From an uncultured Alphaproteobacteria bacterium (lineage in GTDB: Bacteria > Pseudomonadota > Alphaproteobacteria > Methylaequorales > Methylaequoraceae), in NCBI GenBank assembly GCA_902563505.1, contig CACEXK010000002.1, forward strand, positions 2,438 through 66,437: a stretch of 64,000 nucleotides of DNA, read 5' to 3'. The translations under genes were made by a program, and so were the position numbers. A model generated the notes under the pieces. That model saw nothing but the letters and a program-made list of their open reading frames with translations. It was not told the origin of the DNA and did not search any database. Position 1 is the first letter of the stretch. The number at the start of each line of letters is the position of its first letter. Of the stretch, positions 52,047 to 62,387 are shown piece by piece.

Positions 52047-52971
52047 AGAAAAAATAACGAAAGTACTAGAAAATAAAAAAATTAAATTTTCTGATCTCAT
52101 TGCACTTCCAGGTGATGCCTCTGAAAGAAAATATTTTAAAATCAAACACAATAAAACTAATTTGATTTTGATGTATGATAAAAATGATAAAAATTTAAAA
52201 AAATTTTTAAAAGTTTCAAAAATATTAGAAAAAAAAGTGACTATACCAAAGATCATAAAAGACCTGAGGGAGGATAAAGTTTTGTTACTTGAAGATTTTG
52301 GGGATACGGAATACAGTAAATTTTCAGGCGATAGAACTAAAAGAAAGTACTATAGGTTTGCAATTGATGCTATTGTTAAAATCCAAAAAAGCTGTTTCAA
52401 TTTGCCATCTTATTCAATAAGAGAATTTTTGAAAGAATCTAATTTATTTTTTGAATGGTATGCGCCTACTCGTAATAAAAAATTAAAATTGAAAATAAAT
52501 AATCTATTAACAAATTTGATAAAAATAACACAAGGTCTCCCAAAGGTATTTGTTCACAGAGACTACCACATAAATAATCTTTTTTTTTTAAACAGTAGGG
52601 ATAATCACTTCAAGTGTGGTTGGATAGATTATCAAGATGCATTATTAGGTCCCTGTGTTTATGATATAGTTTCTCTCACTCAAGACGCAAGAGTAGATGT
52701 TAGTAAAGAAATTGAAAAGTTTGTTATTGAATATTATCTGAATGAATCTCCACACATTGACAAAAAATTATTCAATTACTCATATTCAGTAATTGCTATT
52801 CAGAGACACATGAAAGTTCTAGGAATTTTTTCAAGATTAGCAAAAAGGGATGGAAAAAAAAAATATCTTTCGCACATTCCAAGAGTAAAAAAAATGTTAA
52901 TATCTAATCTTCAGAAAGAAGAATTTACAGAATTGCATGGTTTTCTCTTAGATTTAATAAAAAATGGATAA
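52033..52971 (+). CDS. amgK: anomeric MurNAc/GlcNAc kinase AmgK-like phosphotransferase
   Basis: GDASERKYF, LLEDFG, HRDYH..NL, IDYQDA, YD.VSL.QDAR, QRH.KVLGIF.RL..RDGK. Confidence 0.82.
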   Translation: MYSIEEKITKVLENKKIKFSDLIALPGDASERKYFKIKHNKTNLILMYDKNDKNLKKFLKVSKILEKKVTIPKIIKDLREDKVLLLEDFGDTEYSKFSGDRTKRKYYRFAIDAIVKIQKSCFNLPSYSIREFLKESNLFFEWYAPTRNKKLKLKINNLLTNLIKITQGLPKVFVHRDYHINNLFFLNSRDNHFKCGWIDYQDALLGPCVYDIVSLTQDARVDVSKEIEKFVIEYYLNESPHIDKKLFNYSYSVIAIQRHMKVLGIFSRLAKRDGKKKYLSHIPRVKKMLISNLQKEEFTELHGFLLDLIKNG

Positions 52972-53680
52972 AATTAATGAAGCAATGGTTTTTGCAGCTG
53001 GTTTTGGGAAAAGAATGCTGCCACTCACTAAAAAAATTCCTAAGCCCTTAATAAAAATTAATAATAAGAGTTTAATTCATTACATTATTGAAGAATTGGT
53101 AAGACTTAACTTTGCCAATATTGTCGTAAATGTTCACCATCTTCACGAAAGGATAGTTGAAGAAATTAAGTATTTTAAACCAAAAGTAAAAGTGATTTTT
53201 GAAGAAAGAATTCTAGAAACTGGTGGGGGGTTTCGAAATGCACTTCATAGTGGTCTTTTTTTAGAAGCTGATAAACCTAAACTTTTAATAAATAGTGATA
53301 TATTTTGGAAAAAAAAAAAACTATCACCCATAGAAAATATTTGTAGAAATTGGGATAGCAATATAATGGATATAATTATAAGTCTAAAGTCAAAGCAAAA
53401 TTTTTTTGGATATATTGGTAAAGGTGATTTTAATGTAAAAAAATATAAAAAAGGTATAATGGAAATTATTTATAATAAAAATGAAAAAGATTTTGTTTTT
53501 ACCGGTTTACAAATAGTAAAACCAGAAATAATAAAAAAATATGAAGAAATATTTTCGATGCGGGAAGTATTTTTTGACCAAATTAATAAAGGTGCTTTGT
53601 ATGGCATTGAAGATGAAAGTCAGTGGTTTCATGTTAGTACAACATCAGATTTAAAAAAAATTAACGAACTAAAATTATAA
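52964..53680 (+). CDS. murU: MurNAc-alpha-1-phosphate uridylyltransferase-like nucleotidyltransferase
   Basis: AMVFAAGFGKRMLPLT...PKPL, LETGGG, INSD; follows amgK. Confidence 0.8.
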   Translation: MDKINEAMVFAAGFGKRMLPLTKKIPKPLIKINNKSLIHYIIEELVRLNFANIVVNVHHLHERIVEEIKYFKPKVKVIFEERILETGGGFRNALHSGLFLEADKPKLLINSDIFWKKKKLSPIENICRNWDSNIMDIIISLKSKQNFFGYIGKGDFNVKKYKKGIMEIIYNKNEKDFVFTGLQIVKPEIIKKYEEIFSMREVFFDQINKGALYGIEDESQWFHVSTTSDLKKINELKL

Positions 53681-55149
53681 TGACATATATAATTTATGAT
53701 TTTGAAACAACAGGAAGATCAGCAAGATTTGATCAAATACTTCAAGCAGGATTTATTTCCTATGATAATGATTTTAAATTATTAAATAAATTGAATTTAA
53801 GGTCGAGAATAAACCCAGATGTGGTTCCATCAATTAACGCATTAAGAGTAAACAGGCTTAAGGTATCTGATATATTGAATGAAAAAAAAAGTTCTTATGA
53901 GATGATTCAAGAAATCTTGAAATTCATTTCGAAGTATAAAAAAATTTTTTTTGTTGGTTTCAATTCTATTAATTTTGATGAAGAATTTCTTAGACAAGCT
54001 TTATGGGAAAATTTTGTATTTCCTTACATTACCAACTCAAATGGAAATAATAGGGGGGATGTTTTTAATTTTGTAACAATGATTCATGCCTTCAGGGAAT
54101 CATCGGTAAATGTCGAGAGAAATGATGAGGGAAAACTCACTTTCAAATTAGAAAGTTTAGCAAAAGCAAATTACTTTGATTCAAAAAACGCCCATGATGC
54201 AATTGCTGATGTTGAAGTTACAATGCAGTTACTAGAGCTACTAGCAAAAAAAAATAATGATCTATTTAGAATTTTTGTTAAAAATTCTAAATCTAAGAAT
54301 GTTGAAGAGTCAATTAATCAATCAGATTTATTTACTTTACATAATTATATGTTTAGTTCTCATAGGATTTATCTTGTAAAAAAATTAATCAAACACCCTG
54401 TATACAAAAATCAATTCATTGGCTTTGACCTTAAGTATGATACCAACCAACTAGTTGATTTAGAAGAAGGAGACTTGAGAGAAATATATAAAAATAAAAG
54501 TTTTTTTAGAAAAATTAAATTAAATAAACAACCCAGTATTTTAGATAAGTCGTATGCTATGAGTAAGCAACCTTATTCAAACTTTTCTAGTGCTGAAATT
54601 GAACTTAAATGTAAACAATTAAACTCACAAAAATTTTTGAATAATTTACAAAAAATTTTAGAAAAAGAATCAATGGATCTTTTAGATAATCAAAGTCAGG
54701 AGATTAAATTTGAGGAAGAAACTATTTATTCAAAAAATCTTAATTATAAAGATTCCATTGTAATGGGTGATTTTCATAATGAACCTTGGGATAAGAAATG
54801 GTATTTTGCAGAGAGGTTTAATGATCAAAGATTAAGATTTTTTGCTGCAAAACATATTTACCGAAATTTTCCTGATCAAATACCAAAAAAGGTATTCTTT
54901 CATTTGCATAAAAAAATTTCCGAGAGAATTACTTCTCTGGATAAATCAGTGTTTACAACTCTTCCTGCTGCTATGGAGGAAGCAGATAATCTTTCTTTAG
55001 AAATTGAGGAAAAAGGATCAGACTTTCAATTAAAAGAACAGTTAGATCAATATAATATTTACATAAATTTCCTAAATGACTATTATAATGAACAAAATCC
55101 AAATCCAGTTAAATTTGATTCAACATTATCAAAGAAATTATTTGGATAA
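53680..55149 (+). CDS. sbcB: exodeoxyribonuclease I (SbcB-like DEDDh 3'-5' ssDNA exonuclease)
   Basis: YDFETTG....FDQ.LQ, GFNSI.FDEE.LR, FKLE.L..AN, AHDA.ADV. Confidence 0.82.
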   Translation: MTYIIYDFETTGRSARFDQILQAGFISYDNDFKLLNKLNLRSRINPDVVPSINALRVNRLKVSDILNEKKSSYEMIQEILKFISKYKKIFFVGFNSINFDEEFLRQALWENFVFPYITNSNGNNRGDVFNFVTMIHAFRESSVNVERNDEGKLTFKLESLAKANYFDSKNAHDAIADVEVTMQLLELLAKKNNDLFRIFVKNSKSKNVEESINQSDLFTLHNYMFSSHRIYLVKKLIKHPVYKNQFIGFDLKYDTNQLVDLEEGDLREIYKNKSFFRKIKLNKQPSILDKSYAMSKQPYSNFSSAEIELKCKQLNSQKFLNNLQKILEKESMDLLDNQSQEIKFEEETIYSKNLNYKDSIVMGDFHNEPWDKKWYFAERFNDQRLRFFAAKHIYRNFPDQIPKKVFFHLHKKISERITSLDKSVFTTLPAAMEEADNLSLEIEEKGSDFQLKEQLDQYNIYINFLNDYYNEQNPNPVKFDSTLSKKLFG

Positions 55150-55167
55150 TTTTTATGGAGGCAATTT

Positions 55168-55491
55168 ATGAGTGAAATTAAGAATTTAAATTTAAACAAT
55201 TTTGATGACGAAGTCGGCAAATCAAAACTTCCTGTTTTAGTTGATTTTTGGGCTGAGTGGTGTGGCCCCTGTAAGATGTTAACGCCTATTCTTGAGGAAT
55301 TATCCATGGAATTAAAAGATAGGTTAATTGTAGCAAAAGTTAATTTAGACGAAAATCAAGATTTGGCTATGAAATATTCGATAAGAAGTATACCTACATT
55401 ATTATTCTTTAAGGAAGGAAAATTGAATGATATGAAAGTTGGTTTATTACCAAAACCAGAGTTACTTGATTGGATAAATGAAAAAATTTAG
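55168..55491 (+). CDS. trxA: thioredoxin
   Basis: VDFWAEWCGPCK, SIPTL; GGAGG SD. Confidence 0.98.
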   Translation: MSEIKNLNLNNFDDEVGKSKLPVLVDFWAEWCGPCKMLTPILEELSMELKDRLIVAKVNLDENQDLAMKYSIRSIPTLLFFKEGKLNDMKVGLLPKPELLDWINEKI

Positions 55492-55494
55492 AAC

Positions 55495-56796
55495 TTACAA
55501 TACCTTATAGCCATCACTTTCAAGAGTCTGGCCTGCAAGATACAAAGACCCACAAATCAAAACCTTTCCCCGAAAAACCTTTTTTTTAATTAATTCGATT
55601 GCCTCATCTACATTCAAACAACAGTAAACATCAATTTTTTTTTTAAAAAATTTAGATATATTATTTTTAATTTCATAAGGTTGTATGTATTGATGGTCAT
55701 CGATCGGCAATATGATCAATAAGTTCAACTTATTAATTAATTTTTTTAAAAAATTTATAGGGTCTTTTCCTTTAACCATTCCTAAAACAAGAATTAAAGA
55801 TTCATCATTCCAATTATCTAAAATTTCAGAAATTATTTCCGATGCATGAATATTATGTCCACCATCAAGCCAAATTTCAAAATTATTGCCTATTTTTTTT
55901 TTGAGTTTTCCTGAATTTAAATTTTGCATTCTGGCTGGCCAACTTGTATTTCTGATTGATTTATTAATTAATCTCTCTTGAATTTTAAATTTTTTTTGGG
56001 ACATAACTGAAGCAATTGCTGTCGACGCATTCTCAATTTGATGATGACCGTATAGCGAGGGTCTTGAAAATTCATATTCTTTATTTTTAAATTGAAAAAT
56101 AAAAGAATTTTTTTTTATATTAGTAACCTTCCAATCTTTTCCCTCTTCAAAAACTAGATTTGATTTCATTTGAGCCTCTTTTCTTATTAGTTTTTTGACT
56201 AAATTTTTTTGTCTTGCCAATATCGTGATAGAATTCTTCTTCATAACACCTAATTTTTCATTTGCTATACTTTTTAAAGTTGTTCCTAAAAAATTCATAT
56301 GATCCATAGATATTGGTGTAAAAATACAACATAATGGATTCTCTATAACATTAGTCGCATCAAATCGCCCACCTAAACCTGTTTCAATTAAAACAAGGTC
56401 AGATTTATTTCTGCTAAAAGCTAAAAAGGCTGCAGCTGTTGTTATTTCAAAAAATGTTATCTCCTCACCATTGTTTAAATCTTCACATTCTTCTAGAAGA
56501 GAGCTTAATAAATTATTTTTTATTATTTTTGAGTTTAACCTAATCCTTTCATTGAATCTTACTAAATGAGGTGAAGTATATGTATGGACATTATATTTAG
56601 CATTTTCGAAAATTGATCTTAAAAATGATGTTACAGAACCTTTTCCATTCGTTCCTGCAATATGAATTGTTGGAGGAATCTTTATGTGGGGATCTCCAAG
56701 TTTTTTTAGAAGCTTCTTAAGGCGATTTAATGAAAGATCGATCTTTTTTGGATGAAGTAATTCCAGTCGCTTTAAAATTTTTTTTGACTTATCCAC
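55495..56796 (-). CDS. folC: dihydrofolate synthase / folylpolyglutamate synthase
   Basis: HIAGTNGKGS, YTSPHL..FNERI, ETGLGGRFDATN, WPAR, LDGGHN, CGSLYL; GTG start. Confidence 0.96.
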   Translation of the reverse strand: MDKSKKILKRLELLHPKKIDLSLNRLKKLLKKLGDPHIKIPPTIHIAGTNGKGSVTSFLRSIFENAKYNVHTYTSPHLVRFNERIRLNSKIIKNNLLSSLLEECEDLNNGEEITFFEITTAAAFLAFSRNKSDLVLIETGLGGRFDATNVIENPLCCIFTPISMDHMNFLGTTLKSIANEKLGVMKKNSITILARQKNLVKKLIRKEAQMKSNLVFEEGKDWKVTNIKKNSFIFQFKNKEYEFSRPSLYGHHQIENASTAIASVMSQKKFKIQERLINKSIRNTSWPARMQNLNSGKLKKKIGNNFEIWLDGGHNIHASEIISEILDNWNDESLILVLGMVKGKDPINFLKKLINKLNLLIILPIDDHQYIQPYEIKNNISKFFKKKIDVYCCLNVDEAIELIKKKVFRGKVLICGSLYLAGQTLESDGYKVL

Positions 56797-56805
56797 TTTA
56801 AATTT

Positions 56806-57645
56806 TCAAATTAGAAAATCTAATATATCCTGGATTTTTTTTGATAGATCTTTTCTATGTATAACAATATCAATCATTCCTTTTTCAATGAGGTATTCAG
56901 ATTTCTGAAAATTTTGTGGAAGTTTTTCTTTTATTGTCTCCTCAATTACTCTACTTCCTGCAAAACCTATAGTTGCATCTTTCTCTGCAATAATTATGTC
57001 TCCTAACATTGCAAAAGATGCTGATACCCCTCCAGTGGTTGGATCTGTAAGAACTGATATAAATGGAATATTTGTTTTTGAAAGGGAATTGACTGCGATC
57101 ACAGTTCTTGGCATTTGCATTAATGATAAAATGCCTTCCTGCATTCTCGCTCCACCGGATGAGCTAAATATTATAAGTGGGAGGTGGTTTTTCCTTGAAA
57201 ATTCACATGCAGTGATGATTGCTTCCCCTGCAGCCATTCCCATGGATCCACCCATAAAATTAAAATCAAAAATAGCAGAAACTATTTTTTTTTTACCAAG
57301 TGTTCCTGATGCAACAATAACGGAATCTTGAACACTATTTTTTTTTTGAGCCTCTTTTAATCTCTCAGTATATTTCTTACTATCCTTAAACTTTAAAGGA
57401 TCTGGCTTTATTTTGGGAGTATCCATTATCATAAAGTTATTACCAAATGTGCATTCTAATCTTTTCTTTGCACTTATTCTAAAATGGTAATCACAATGTT
57501 TACAAACATATAAATTTGCCTCTAACTCCTTCTTTAAAAGCATCTGAGAACATTTAGGACAGGTCTCCCAGAGATTATCAGGAACTTCTTTTTTTCCAAC
57601 AAATGCTTGGAGCTTTGGTCTTACAAAATTTGTTATCCAATTCAT
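56806..57645 (-). CDS. accD: acetyl-CoA carboxylase carboxyltransferase beta subunit
   Basis: C4 zinc motif, FMGGSMG, SGGARMQEG, PTTGGV.ASFA. Confidence 0.97.
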   Translation of the reverse strand: MNWITNFVRPKLQAFVGKKEVPDNLWETCPKCSQMLLKKELEANLYVCKHCDYHFRISAKKRLECTFGNNFMIMDTPKIKPDPLKFKDSKKYTERLKEAQKKNSVQDSVIVASGTLGKKKIVSAIFDFNFMGGSMGMAAGEAIITACEFSRKNHLPLIIFSSSGGARMQEGILSLMQMPRTVIAVNSLSKTNIPFISVLTDPTTGGVSASFAMLGDIIIAEKDATIGFAGSRVIEETIKEKLPQNFQKSEYLIEKGMIDIVIHRKDLSKKIQDILDFLI

Positions 57646-57654
57646 AAGTTTAAA

Positions 57655-58467
57655 TTAACATTTTTTTTTTAATTTTTTTAGAAAATCGTTTATTTTTTTT
57701 GTTATTTTAGTTGCTTTGTTTTTAGTATCTAAATTTTCTTCTATTATTTTTACAATTGCTGACCCAACCACACAACCATCTGAAAAGCTATTCATTTGCG
57801 CAACTTGTCTTGGATTATTAATACCAAAACCAACAATGACGGGCAAATTTGTGATCTTCTTTATTTTTCCCACTGACATTTTTACAGAGTTTATACTTGG
57901 TCTTTTTGTACCCGTGATTCCCATTATCGAAACATAATACAAAAACCCTTTTGAGGATTTTGAAATTGTACCAATTCTTTTTTTATTTGTTGTTGGGGTG
58001 AGCAATCTGATGTTATGAATATTAAATTTTTTTGTATAATTATTTATTAGTTTGTCTTCTTCTGGAGGTAAATCAACAATTATTAATCCATCTACTCCAT
58101 TTTTTGATCCCTCTGAAAAGAATTTTGTTAATCCAAACTGAAAAATTGGATTGAAATAACCCATCAAAATAATTGGTGTGGAAGTATCTTTTTTCCTGAA
58201 CTCTTTTACAATATTGAATGTTTTTTTTAGATTTATTCCGGATTGTATTGCTCTTAAGCTTGATCTTTGGATGGTTGGTCCATCAGCCATTGGGTCGGAA
58301 AATGGCATTCCTATCTCTATTATATCTGCACCTGATTTTGGCAAGGCGTTTATGATTTTTTGGGATGTTTTTAAATCTGGATCACCTGATGTTACAAAAC
58401 ATATAAGGGCTTTTTCTTTTTTAGTCTCTAAATCAAAAAACTTTTTTTCAATTCTATTTTGCATCAT
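57655..58467 (-). CDS. trpA: tryptophan synthase alpha chain
   Basis: EIGMPFSDPMADGPTIQ, VDLPPEE, YYVS..GITG, VGFGI, VGSA. Confidence 0.98.
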   Translation of the reverse strand: MMQNRIEKKFFDLETKKEKALICFVTSGDPDLKTSQKIINALPKSGADIIEIGMPFSDPMADGPTIQRSSLRAIQSGINLKKTFNIVKEFRKKDTSTPIILMGYFNPIFQFGLTKFFSEGSKNGVDGLIIVDLPPEEDKLINNYTKKFNIHNIRLLTPTTNKKRIGTISKSSKGFLYYVSIMGITGTKRPSINSVKMSVGKIKKITNLPVIVGFGINNPRQVAQMNSFSDGCVVGSAIVKIIEENLDTKNKATKITKKINDFLKKLKKKC

Positions 58468-58471
58468 AGGA

Positions 58472-59704
58472 TTAAAGATTTACTCCAAGATAGTTCGATA
58501 TAGAATATATGTCTTTGTCACCCCTTCCACACATATTCATAATAATTAAATCATTTTTATTAAAATTTTTTGCATTTTTTAAAAGATAGGCTAATGCATG
58601 TGATGGTTCCAATGCAGGAATTATACCCTCTAATTTGCAGCATAGTTTGAATGCATTCAATGCTTCTTTGTCTGTTGCATTTACATATTTTACTCTTCCT
58701 ATTTCTTTTAACCAGGAATGTTCAGGACCTATTCCAGGATAATCTAACCCAGCAGAAATTGAGTGGGCATCTAATATCTGCCCATCTTTATCTTGTAACA
58801 AATATGTATGATTACCATGAAGGTAGCCCGGCTTTCCTTTTGAGAGAGAGGCGGCATGTTTATCAGTATTAATACCCTTTCCACCAGCTTCCACGCCTAC
58901 TATTTTTACTTTTTCACAATTTAAAAAAGGATAAAATAAACCTAGTGCATTTGATCCTCCTCCTATGCAAGCGATCAATAAGTCTGGCATTCTTTTTTCT
59001 GATTTAAGGATTTGTTTTTTTGCTTCGATTCCAATAATTGATTGAAAATCTCTAACCATCATAGGGTATGGATGAGGCCCAGCGACAGTTCCAATTACAT
59101 AAAAAGTATCACTAACATTAGATACCCAGTCTCTAAGAGCTTCATTCATTGCATCTTTGAGAGTTGCAGTTCCGGATTTGACAGATCTTATTTCTGCACC
59201 AAGTAGTTTCATTTTAAAAACATTGGGCGCTTGTCTTTTGATATCAGTTTCACCCATGTAAACAATACACTTAAGGTTGAATAATGCACAAACTGTTGCT
59301 GTGGCAAGTCCATGTTGTCCAGCTCCTGTTTCAGCAACGATTCTTTTTTTCCCCATTCTTTTTGCTAGAAGAATTTGCCCGATACAATTATTAATTTTGT
59401 GAGCACCAGTATGATTTAGTTCGTCGCGTTTAAAGTATATTTTAGCATTATTTAGTCTTTCTGAAATTCTACTTGCAAAATATAGTGGACTTGGTCTACC
59501 AACATAATTTTTGAAATAATAGTCAAGATTCTTTTTAAATTCTTTAGATTTTTTTGCTATTTTATACTCTTTTTCAACTTCCAATAATAAGGGCATAAGT
59601 GTCTCGGCTACAAAACGACCTCCAAACTTTCCAAATCTTCCAAATTTGTCAGGAAATTTTTCAAAATTCACTTTTTTATTAAATGAACTAATTTTTTTTA
59701 ACAT
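58472..59704 (-). CDS. trpB: tryptophan synthase beta chain
   Basis: [43 protein letters not shown]. Confidence 0.99.
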   Translation of the reverse strand: MLKKISSFNKKVNFEKFPDKFGRFGKFGGRFVAETLMPLLLEVEKEYKIAKKSKEFKKNLDYYFKNYVGRPSPLYFASRISERLNNAKIYFKRDELNHTGAHKINNCIGQILLAKRMGKKRIVAETGAGQHGLATATVCALFNLKCIVYMGETDIKRQAPNVFKMKLLGAEIRSVKSGTATLKDAMNEALRDWVSNVSDTFYVIGTVAGPHPYPMMVRDFQSIIGIEAKKQILKSEKRMPDLLIACIGGGSNALGLFYPFLNCEKVKIVGVEAGGKGINTDKHAASLSKGKPGYLHGNHTYLLQDKDGQILDAHSISAGLDYPGIGPEHSWLKEIGRVKYVNATDKEALNAFKLCCKLEGIIPALEPSHALAYLLKNAKNFNKNDLIIMNMCGRGDKDIYSISNYLGVNL

Positions 59705-60320
59705 ACCTTATAAATTCCTTTATTTTTTTTTCGCATTTTATGCCTCTTTTTTTTTCAACTCCTGAGGAGACATCTATTATCGATGCTTTTGTTTTTGAAA
59801 TTGCATCTTTTACATTTTTAATATCTATCCCTCCAGCAAGCATCCATTTTATACTCGGTTTAGAGTTTTCTAATAGATTCCAATCAAAAGATTTTCCACT
59901 TCCGCCTGGTAGATCATTTGTATTTGGTTTTGTATCAAATAGAATCATATCGCAACAATTTTCAAATTTTTTTGATAATCTAACATCATTTTTATCAGAA
60001 ACAGATATAGCTTTAATTATGGGTATATTCAATCTTTGTTTGATTTCGATTATTTCATCTATAGATTCTTTTCCATGAAGTTGAATCATATCTAATCCAA
60101 CATACTCAGTTATGTGTTGCATGACATTAATATCTGCATTTACAAAAAGTCCTACTTTTTTTTGATTATTTCTAATTGTTTTTGATATTTCTCTTGCTCT
60201 TATTGCATCAACGAATCTTGGTGATTTTTGATAAAAAACAAACCCAACAAAATCAGCATCTTTTGATGCTTTTGCAACCTTCTCATTATTAATACCACAA
60301 ATTTTAATTTTAACTTCCAA
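59688..60320 (-). CDS. trpF: phosphoribosylanthranilate isomerase
   Basis: IKICGI, GFVF...SPR, QLHG.E, GGSG..FDW, LAGG, DVSSGVE. Confidence 0.96.
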   Translation of the reverse strand: MEVKIKICGINNEKVAKASKDADFVGFVFYQKSPRFVDAIRAREISKTIRNNQKKVGLFVNADINVMQHITEYVGLDMIQLHGKESIDEIIEIKQRLNIPIIKAISVSDKNDVRLSKKFENCCDMILFDTKPNTNDLPGGSGKSFDWNLLENSKPSIKWMLAGGIDIKNVKDAISKTKASIIDVSSGVEKKRGIKCEKKIKEFIRYVKKN

Positions 60321-61008
60321 TTTTTTCCTCTATATCTTTCATAATTAATTTAATTATTTTGACTGGTTTTGCAGATTTTGTGATTGGTCTGCCAATCACG
60401 AGCATTGAAGAACCAGATTTAATAGCTAAACCTGGTGATTGAGATCTCTTTTGGTCGTTTAGATCAGTATTGGGCAACCTTATTCCAGGTGTAACCAAAA
60501 TTAATTTTTTTGAAAATTCTTTTCTGAGTAATTCTGCCTCTGAAGGTGATGTTACGACACCATCAACTCCAGCATCAATACCTAAAGCTACAAGATTTTT
60601 AACATATTCTTTTTCTGTTAATTCTAATCCTATTTCTTCAAGATCTTTTTTATCTAGACTTGTAAGCATAGATACGCCAATTATTTTTGTATTTTTTTTT
60701 ATTTTGTTTACTTCTTCAAGCATTTTTCTTCCACCACTAAGATGAATAGTCAAGTAATCAGGCTGCAATTTTAAGATATTTTTTACAGTATTTGTTACAG
60801 TATTTGGAATATCATGGAGTTTTAAATCTAAAAAAATTGGTAATTTGAATTTCTTCAATTTTTCAACACCAGCCGGCCCGTTGCTTGCAAAAAATTCTAA
60901 ACCTAACTTTATACCACCAATGTCATTCTTTATTATGTCAGTAAATTCAATAGTTTGATTAAGATCAGAAAAATCTAAGGCACAAAATATATAATCTTTT
61001 AAATTCAT
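60310..61008 (-). CDS. pyrF: orotidine-5'-phosphate decarboxylase
   Basis: ALD, FLDLKLHDIPNTV, LTS, TPGIR, DQKR, GRPIT. Confidence 0.97.
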   Translation of the reverse strand: MNLKDYIFCALDFSDLNQTIEFTDIIKNDIGGIKLGLEFFASNGPAGVEKLKKFKLPIFLDLKLHDIPNTVTNTVKNILKLQPDYLTIHLSGGRKMLEEVNKIKKNTKIIGVSMLTSLDKKDLEEIGLELTEKEYVKNLVALGIDAGVDGVVTSPSEAELLRKEFSKKLILVTPGIRLPNTDLNDQKRSQSPGLAIKSGSSMLVIGRPITKSAKPVKIIKLIMKDIEEKIGS

Positions 61009-61226
61009 TTAAAAAAACTTTCTCACATAACTAAATAAAAAACCTAAAATTACTCCAACAAAAAAAACTATCAGTAAAATAAGATAAAGGGGAGTCTCTA
61101 AAATATATGGTAGTGGGAAAAAATTAACTTTTATGAGGTACTTGTTTGATATCGAGAAGAGCACAAAAAAAAACAGAAAAAAAAAAAAATAATGAAGCTG
61201 ATAATTTTTTTAATTTTATTCTTCAT
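61009..61226 (-). pseudogene. lapA: LapA (DUF1049) family membrane protein, frameshifted in a homopolymer
   Basis: ATG 61226 to TAA 61009 spans 218 nt; adding one T in the T13 run gives MKNKIKKIISFIIFFFFLFFFVLFSISNKYLIKVNFFPLPYILETPLYLILLIVFFVGVILGFLFSYVRKFF; sits between ihfB and pyrF. Confidence 0.75.
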
Positions 61227-61497
61227 TTATAAGCTTTTTTAATTTTTTTCCTGGTATAAAATGAACCAAATGCTTATCATTTATTTCAATTGTTTCTCCA
61301 GTGGAAGGATTCCTTCCGGTTCTTGCTTTTCTTAGTCTTGTAGAAAATGTTCCAAAATCTCTTATCTCTATTCTATTACCTTGAGATAAATTAGAAACTA
61401 AATTATGTAAAATTTTTTCAAGTGTTCTTTCAACTTCTCTTTTTGGGAGATAGTCAAACTTTTTTTCTAAAGCTAGAAGAATATCTGATTTTTTCAT
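61216..61497 (-). CDS. ihfB: integration host factor beta subunit
   Basis: MKKS, RIEIRDFGTF, GRNPSTGE, F.PGK.L; rpsA-sppA-ihfB synteny. Confidence 0.9.
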   Translation of the reverse strand: MKKSDILLALEKKFDYLPKREVERTLEKILHNLVSNLSQGNRIEIRDFGTFSTRLRKARTGRNPSTGETIEINDKHLVHFIPGKKLKKLINEE

Positions 61498-62387
61498 AGA
61501 CCTGGTACCCAGATGGCTAAGATTCCATTATTAAAGCTCAAATCAAAACCATTTATCTTTTTTCTTAAAATATCTAAGTTAATAGTACTAAAAATATTAT
61601 TATCGTTATCAAAGTCAATAACTTTTACATTGTTATCAAGTCCTGCTTCATTCTTGATCCAATCTAAAGCATCATTCTCAAACCCAAGTTCGTCAACTAA
61701 ATTTAATTTTTTAGCTTGATTACCGGTAAAAATTCTTCCATCAGAAATGAGTTCAATTGTTTGTTCATTAATATTTCTTGTTTTTTTTACTGTTTCTAGA
61801 AATTGTGACTGCATTTGAGAAATAATTTTATTGATGTAACTCAATTTTTTTTCATCAATTTTTTCAATTGGATTAGGAACTGCCTTAAGATCACCACTTT
61901 TTACAACAAGTGGATTTATACCCAATTTTTCTAAAAGATTTGTAAAATCAGCAGTTTGTAGTATTACACCAATTGATCCAGTTATTGTACCTTCACTGAG
62001 AAATATTTTATTTGCTCCTAGGGCAGCTAAGTATGCTCCTGATGTTGCAATTTCCCTCATATATACAGCAGTAGGAATTTTTTTACTTATTTCTTCAATA
62101 GCATTGTAAACCTCTTTGCTGCTTACAAAAGTCCCTCCAGGACTATTTACAATAATTAGCAAGCCTTTTGCATTTTCATTATTCTGAATGTTTTCAATTT
62201 CTTCTAAAATCTCAAATTTATCTTTAATTATACCTTCAAGATAAATTTTTCCTACGAAAGGACTATCATGTTTTTTATTAAATAATATAAATGATAATAT
62301 GAATAGAAATGAAAAAGCAATTAGAGTTTTTTTAATTAGAGATTTTCTTGAGGAAAGATACTGATTTAAAAAATCATTTTTTTTCAT
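61494..62387 (-). CDS. sppA: signal peptide peptidase SppA (short S49 form)
   Basis: VNSPGG, ATSGAY, TGSIGVI, KSG..K, DGRIFTG.QA...LVD.LG. Confidence 0.93.
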   Translation of the reverse strand: MKKNDFLNQYLSSRKSLIKKTLIAFSFLFILSFILFNKKHDSPFVGKIYLEGIIKDKFEILEEIENIQNNENAKGLLIIVNSPGGTFVSSKEVYNAIEEISKKIPTAVYMREIATSGAYLAALGANKIFLSEGTITGSIGVILQTADFTNLLEKLGINPLVVKSGDLKAVPNPIEKIDEKKLSYINKIISQMQSQFLETVKKTRNINEQTIELISDGRIFTGNQAKKLNLVDELGFENDALDWIKNEAGLDNNVKVIDFDNDNNIFSTINLDILRKKINGFDLSFNNGILAIWVPGL

